Assembly: GCA_963719085.1 (NCBI GenBank)
Contig: CAVRAL010000001.1
Location: forward strand, 288,001-352,000
Direction: 5' to 3'
Length of the DNA: 64,000 bases
Origin: a candidate division FCPU426 bacterium
Lineage (GTDB): Bacteria; Oederibacteriota; Muellerivitia; Muellerivitales; Muellerivitaceae
Position numbers and translations under genes: made by a program. The notes beneath the pieces were generated by a model, which was not told the DNA's origin, ran no database searches, and saw nothing but the letters and a program-made list of their open reading frames with translations. Positions 59,514-64,000 of this stretch are shown here, in pieces (the stretch's first letter is position 1; every line of letters starts with the position of its first letter).

Positions 59514-60862
59514 AAATTCTTGTCATCGACGACGAAAAGTCCATGCATGTGGCCTTGATTCCTTTTTTAAAGGAATTAGGCCATGAGGCCGAATCGGCCT
59601 TCACGGGCACCGAGGGGCGGCAGAAGGCGGCGGCCTTCAAGCCCGATTTGATCCTTTTGGACCTGTACCTGCCGGATGTCACGGGTTTGGAACTTTTAAG
59701 CGGGTTTCAAATGGAGTCGCCCGCGACCGGGGTCATCATTATGACGGCGGCCGCCGCCGTGAAGACCGCGGTGGAAGCCATGAAAAAGGGCGCGGAGGAT
59801 TATCTTCAAAAGCCGCTGAGCCTGGACGACATGGAGCTGGTGCTGGCCCGCTTTTTCAAGACCCAAAATTTGCGCCAGGACGTGGCGGCGCTCAAAGGCA
59901 GGCTGCGGGATGAGCTGGCGAGGGAATTCCTGATTCTTCCCGATCCGGCCATGCAGCCGCTTTACGCCCAAATTGAGCGGGTGGCCGAACAGGACAAGGT
60001 CACGGCTTTGGTCCTGGGTGAGACGGGGACGGGGAAGGAGCATGTGGCCAAGCTCATCCACACCCTGTCGGCGCGGTCGGCCAAGCCTTTCGTGGAACTT
60101 CACTGCGGGGCCCTGCCCGAGACCTTGATGGAATCCGAGCTTTTCGGCTATGAGGCGGGGGCCTTCACGGACGCCCGAAAACAAAAGCAGGGGCTTTTCG
60201 AGGCGGCCCAGGGAGGGAGCCTTTTTTTGGATGAGGTGGGCGAGATGCCTTTGGCCACCCAAACCAAATTATTGAAGGTCCTGGAAGACCGGAAACTGCG
60301 GCGCTTGGGCGGCATTAAGGAAATTGTTTTGGACGTGCGGGTGATCGCGGCCACCCACCGGGACCTGGAAGTGGAAGTGAAAGAAGGCCGTTTCCGGGCC
60401 GACCTTTATTACCGGCTCAACGTGATTCCTTTGAAACTTCCGCCCTTGCGCCAAAGGCCCGAGGATATCGCGGCCTTGGCGGTGTTTTTTTGGGAAGAAG
60501 CGGCCCGGGATTTCGGGCGCAAAATGGAGCCGCTTCCGGAGCCCGTCATGGAAAAATTAATGGCTTACCCCTGGCCGGGCAACGTGCGGGAACTTAAAAA
60601 CGCGGTCAACCGCATGGTGATCGGATCCCAGGGCGGCCGGGTGGGCTGGGGCGACCTGCCGGATGAGATCGCGGCCTTTGAGCCTTCGCTCCCGGAAAAC
60701 GCGGGCGAGGAATCGTTGGTTTTGGAAAAGGGCTCCAGCGAAAAAGATATGGTGGAAAAAGCCCTTCAACAGTCCCGGTGGAATAAATCCAAGGCCGCGG
60801 AGCTTTTGGGGGTCACCCGCAAGACGCTCTTCAACAAGATGAAAAAATACGACATCCACTAA
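59510..60862 (+). CDS. Sigma54-dependent response regulator (NtrC/AtoC family)
   Basis: REC, GETGTGKE, ESELFG, GAFTDA, WPGNVREL, Fis HTH. Confidence 0.95.
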   Translation: MKILVIDDEKSMHVALIPFLKELGHEAESAFTGTEGRQKAAAFKPDLILLDLYLPDVTGLELLSGFQMESPATGVIIMTAAAAVKTAVEAMKKGAEDYLQKPLSLDDMELVLARFFKTQNLRQDVAALKGRLRDELAREFLILPDPAMQPLYAQIERVAEQDKVTALVLGETGTGKEHVAKLIHTLSARSAKPFVELHCGALPETLMESELFGYEAGAFTDARKQKQGLFEAAQGGSLFLDEVGEMPLATQTKLLKVLEDRKLRRLGGIKEIVLDVRVIAATHRDLEVEVKEGRFRADLYYRLNVIPLKLPPLRQRPEDIAALAVFFWEEAARDFGRKMEPLPEPVMEKLMAYPWPGNVRELKNAVNRMVIGSQGGRVGWGDLPDEIAAFEPSLPENAGEESLVLEKGSSEKDMVEKALQQSRWNKSKAAELLGVTRKTLFNKMKKYDIH

Positions 60863-60883
60863 GAACTTCTAACAAAAACCTAA

Positions 60884-61061
60884 TTCACCGCCCCGCCCGG
60901 CCTAGTTAGGCCGAACCAGGCGGGACATACCACCCTCAATATCATTTTATATATGGATGGTGGTGCCAAGACGCTCCCGGCGGCCGTAGTTCAGGCCAAT
61001 CGGCCGGGACATATCGCCTTCTTAATTATTTTTGTCAGGAGGGCGATGCAAGCTCGCCAAG
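60884..61061 (+). repeat. R1 arm interrupted by two 73-nt mini-elements (D 60892-60964, E 60975-61047)
   Basis: Removing both inserts and one copy of each GC duplication restores ttcaccgccaagacgcaagctcgccaag. Confidence 0.8.
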
Positions 61062-61072
61062 AAAAAAGGCCG

Positions 61073-61150
61073 CATCCGTGTTCATCTGCGCGCGCGCCGC
61101 TCCACCCTCTATGAGCAAAGGGAGAGCGGCGTTGTCCCGGGCATCTGTGG
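61073..61150 (-). repeat. R2-type arm with truncated mini-element F (61096-61141)
   Basis: Minus strand: cacagatg-cccgggacaac-gccgctctc...ggagcggc-gcgcgcgcagatgaacacggat. Confidence 0.65.
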
Positions 61151-61297
61151 CAAAACCTGTTTTGGCGTTGTTTTTTTCCTCTTTAAAGACTTACCCAATT
61201 TGCGCTTTCGGATTACCCCTTTTGGGTAATTTTGAGAAGTGGTTTCCCCTCCCAGGCTTTTTACCCTTTTATTTTATCGTTTTTCCTTGGTTTTTTT

Positions 61298-61312
61298 TGG
61301 CACAAGGATTGC
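61298..61312 (+). promoter_or_regulatory. Sigma54 (-24/-12) promoter
   Basis: TGGCAC-aagga-TTGC exact consensus, 58 nt upstream of the ATG at 61371. Confidence 0.8.
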
Positions 61313-61370
61313 CTTTTATTTGTCCATGGCGATCGCGAATCCAACCATTCCAACTTCCAGGAGAAAACCG

Positions 61371-61856
61371 ATGTCCTCCGATCCGTTTCAATCCTTTTCT
61401 TCCATCACCGGACGGGACCTTTTCGGAATTTTTCAAAAGGTCCTGTCGGAGACGGCGGATTTAGCCTGTGAATCCATCGGGGAACCGGTGGAGGGGCCTT
61501 CGGTCATGTCGCTGGAAAGAAGCGTTAAGTTGGAGGGGCCGATCCGCGCGCTGGTGGTCCTGCGGGCCCACCGCAAATTGGGCGGCATGCTTTTGGAAAA
61601 ATCCAGCAACGGCAACGGACACTCGGACTCCCGGGAAGCGTCTTTTGATTACCTGGTCCGGCTTTATTGCGAGCGCTTGGTCCAGGCTTATGGGTCCTTG
61701 CGGGACTTCGCGCCCCTGACCACCCGGATCAGCGGTCCCCAGCTTTGGGCGGCCCGCGAGCCCTTGGCGGGCTGCGCCTTGTTGGTGGAGATGTATCCGG
61801 TGGAGATAAGATTTTGGATGGAGGGTGAATTAATCGGCAAGGGGGAAAATTTTTGA
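61371..61856 (+). CDS. CheX-like protein lacking the ExxN motif
   Basis: AGGAG RBS; SVKLEGPIRALVVL strand pattern of the CheX/CheC fold; motif position reads DYLVRL. Confidence 0.55.
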   Translation: MSSDPFQSFSSITGRDLFGIFQKVLSETADLACESIGEPVEGPSVMSLERSVKLEGPIRALVVLRAHRKLGGMLLEKSSNGNGHSDSREASFDYLVRLYCERLVQAYGSLRDFAPLTTRISGPQLWAAREPLAGCALLVEMYPVEIRFWMEGELIGKGENF

Positions 61857-62191
61857 GCGAGGAATTGGAGTCTCTTAAAAAGGATTTAAACCGGGAATTG
61901 GCGGGGCTTGCGGGCCGCCTGACACTGGCCGGCGCCAGGGAGACCCGGGAAGTTTTGAACTGCGGGTTGGAATTGGAAAGCTGGTTGTCCCGGGCCCAGG
62001 CCCTGGGCGGCGCCTGGCAATCGGAGACGGTTTCCCGGGTGATCGCGGTCAACGCGGGAATCAGCGCCGGGCACTCGCTGGTCAACGCCACGGACCGGTT
62101 GATGCGCCTGATCATCCGGGCTTCCGAGCATTTGAATCAATTCGCCGAGAATGGGGAAGCGCTTTTGAGCGAGTGCGCGGCCAACTCCTGA
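61853..62191 (+). CDS. Hypothetical helical protein
   Basis: TTGA overlap with upstream gene; 112 aa. Confidence 0.55.
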   Translation: MSEELESLKKDLNRELAGLAGRLTLAGARETREVLNCGLELESWLSRAQALGGAWQSETVSRVIAVNAGISAGHSLVNATDRLMRLIIRASEHLNQFAENGEALLSECAANS

Positions 62192-62198
62192 GGAAAAA

Positions 62199-62975
62199 AT
62201 GATGGAACCCAAAACCCTGAAGGCGCTCATCGTGGATGTCCGGCCTCAAACCCGGCGCCAGACCGCGGATAAACTGCGGGAGCTGGGTTTTGACGTGGTG
62301 GAAACCGAATCGGCGGGATCCCTCCCCGGGATTTTAGCCAGCCACCGGCCGGATTTGGTGATCACGGCTTGGGACATTCCCGGGTTGAAGGGTTTGAAAC
62401 TTTTGGACCAATTGGGGCCCCGGGAGCGGGATGTTTATCTCTTTACGGAAGAGCCGCTGGAAGATTACCGGGATTTATTGCATCGCACCAGTGTGAAAGC
62501 CTGGTTTCACATGACTGAGAGGGTGGAACTTATGGAGAACGTCAAAGAAATGATGGGAAGCCAACAAGACAGCCGGAGGGGCGCGGGCCCTTTCGGGAGA
62601 AAAATAGTTTTACTGATTGAGCCCTTCGTCGACTTGCGCGATTTTTTAAAATTGACGCTGCTTCGGGCTTTGCCCCAAGCTTTCGTGCGCGAAGCCGTGG
62701 AGGGAAGCCAGGTGCTTTCGGAGCTCACCCACAACCCCATCGACCTTATTTTTCTGGACCTGGACACGCCGACCCTGGATGGGCGGGCTTTTTTAAAGAT
62801 GGTGCACGGCGATCCGCGCCTTTCGCGAAAACCCATCGTGGTCCTGGCCGGCCGGATCACCCCGGAGCTTTTAAAGGAGTTCCAGCAAGACCGGGCGATT
62901 TGGTTTATCGAGAAGCCGGCGCAAGCCGAGGAAATCAGCGAAGTCATCGGGCGTTTTTTGAGAAGGGATTATTAG
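62199..62975 (+). CDS. Tandem REC-REC protein (degenerate)
   Basis: REC1 has Ala at the phosphoacceptor position (DLVITAWDIP); REC2 has DLIFLDLDTP...EKP. Confidence 0.8.
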   Translation: MMEPKTLKALIVDVRPQTRRQTADKLRELGFDVVETESAGSLPGILASHRPDLVITAWDIPGLKGLKLLDQLGPRERDVYLFTEEPLEDYRDLLHRTSVKAWFHMTERVELMENVKEMMGSQQDSRRGAGPFGRKIVLLIEPFVDLRDFLKLTLLRALPQAFVREAVEGSQVLSELTHNPIDLIFLDLDTPTLDGRAFLKMVHGDPRLSRKPIVVLAGRITPELLKEFQQDRAIWFIEKPAQAEEISEVIGRFLRRDY

Positions 62976-62995
62976 ACTTTCAAAAGGCATTTTTA

Positions 62996-63151
62996 CAATG
63001 ATGTCCCGGGTCCCCCTATTGAAGTCAAAGCCGCCCGGGACAATGTCGCTCACCCCTAAACTGTTTTATGCAGAAGCGGCGCGGACGCTGATCAACGCTG
63101 ATAAAAAAACAAGACATTTGGTTCAAACCAATCCGCGTTCATCAATGCGGA
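62996..63151. repeat. REP-like palindrome R2 containing mini-element copy B (63005-63080)
   Basis: caatgat..ggacgctgatcaacgctgat / atccgcgttcatcaatgc arms. Confidence 0.7.
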
Positions 63152-63175
63152 TAGATTTACAGGAATCGCTTAGCC

Positions 63176-64000
63176 TTAATCGACCGGGAGTTCTTTCACG
63201 AATTCCTGGTTCAAGTAAATCTCCGCCGCCGCTTTTCCGCTGACCGTCACTCCCACTTCCACGTGATCTTTCGGCGACTCCATTTTGTTATAAACCGTGC
63301 GGGTTCCCGTGCTGTCAAATACGTCGATTTGCAGGCGGCGGGGATTTCCCTCGGGCATATCGTATTGAAGCGTCACGTAGCGCGCCTTCTGGTCCGCGGC
63401 GTCGCTGCTTTTGGCGCTGACGGTAAAAGTCACCTGGTCCTTTTCCTGGAGCTTGGTCCCCGCGGGGGGCGTTTGAACCAAGACGGTCTCCGAATCCAAG
63501 TCGTCATGCACCTCGCTCTTAATCTTTTGGATGGTGATGCCGGCCGGGCGCAAAAGTTTAAAGGCGTTTTCCAGGGATTTGTTCTTCAGGTCGGGCATGA
63601 CGAAAAAGGCCTGGTTGGGCCCGGCGGACACCAAAAGATTCACGGCGGTGAAAGCTTCCACGTTCGTTCCGGTTTCCGGGGTTTGGGCCAAGACCATGTC
63701 CTTGGCGTCGACCGCGGAATAAAGCAGGGATTCCTTCCCGATGCGCAGGCGGTTGGAGGCGAGTAAAATTTGGGCGTCTTGATACGACAGGCCCAGCACG
63801 GAGGGGATGGCCACTTTCGGGTTGCCCTTGCTTAAAACCGCCTGCACGACCTGGCCGCGGCGCATGTAGGTGTTGGGGGGCGGGGATTGCATCATGAAAA
63901 GTCCCGCGGGCACATGCTCGTCATATTGGGATTTGGTCACGGTCAGTTTGAGGGCTTTGGCCGACAAGGCCCGCCGGGCCTGGTCCGGATCCATGCCGAT
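63176..64000 (-). CDS. PASTA-domain protein, 5'-truncated by window edge
   Basis: Three PASTA repeats (IPSVLGL, MPDLKNK; VLAQTP..G). Confidence 0.88.
   Translation of the reverse strand: MGMDPDQARRALSAKALKLTVTKSQYDEHVPAGLFMMQSPPPNTYMRRGQVVQAVLSKGNPKVAIPSVLGLSYQDAQILLASNRLRIGKESLLYSAVDAKDMVLAQTPETGTNVEAFTAVNLLVSAGPNQAFFVMPDLKNKSLENAFKLLRPAGITIQKIKSEVHDDLDSETVLVQTPPAGTKLQEKDQVTFTVSAKSSDAADQKARYVTLQYDMPEGNPRRLQIDVFDSTGTRTVYNKMESPKDHVEVGVTVSGKAAAEIYLNQEFVKELPVD

Noticed and set aside
63005..63080. c-di-GMP-I riboswitch reading of the mini-element
   Set aside because: It has a receptor-like CCUAA...UAUG but lacks the GNRA loop and GCAAA/GGAC-GCAAA core, and it sits between convergent genes

Overview
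A 64-kb chromosomal window of a diderm bacterium, moderately GC-rich by eye. It carries about 55 CDSs. Housekeeping genes include a thiolase, hrpB, type III glutamine synthetase, comM, ffh, rpe and a PASTA protein. There are two signalling clusters: a CHASE3/PAS kinase with two REC-zinc-ribbon regulators and a hybrid kinase, and an 8-PAS kinase with a sigma54 activator and a sigma54-driven CheX-like/REC operon. There are also redox/detox enzymes and a GH44 glycoside hydrolase with a long Thr/Pro linker. I found no rRNA, tRNA, CRISPR array, integrase or transposase. The most striking unannotated structure is a nested repeat system. Two families of REP-like palindromes are interrupted by a 73-76 nt two-hairpin mini-element (5 full copies plus 1 truncated; three are exactly 73 nt with 2-bp flanking duplications), and two palindromes are read in frame into the N-termini of exported proteins. 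Other highlights: a 2.9-kb islet bounded by a duplicated comM 3' end that encodes a secreted, possibly pore-forming orphan protein; an operon coupling a 14-TM SAM-domain membrane protein with an exported isoaspartyl methyltransferase; and a divergent RelE-like/RHH pair. All family calls come from motif recognition by eye, not database searches.
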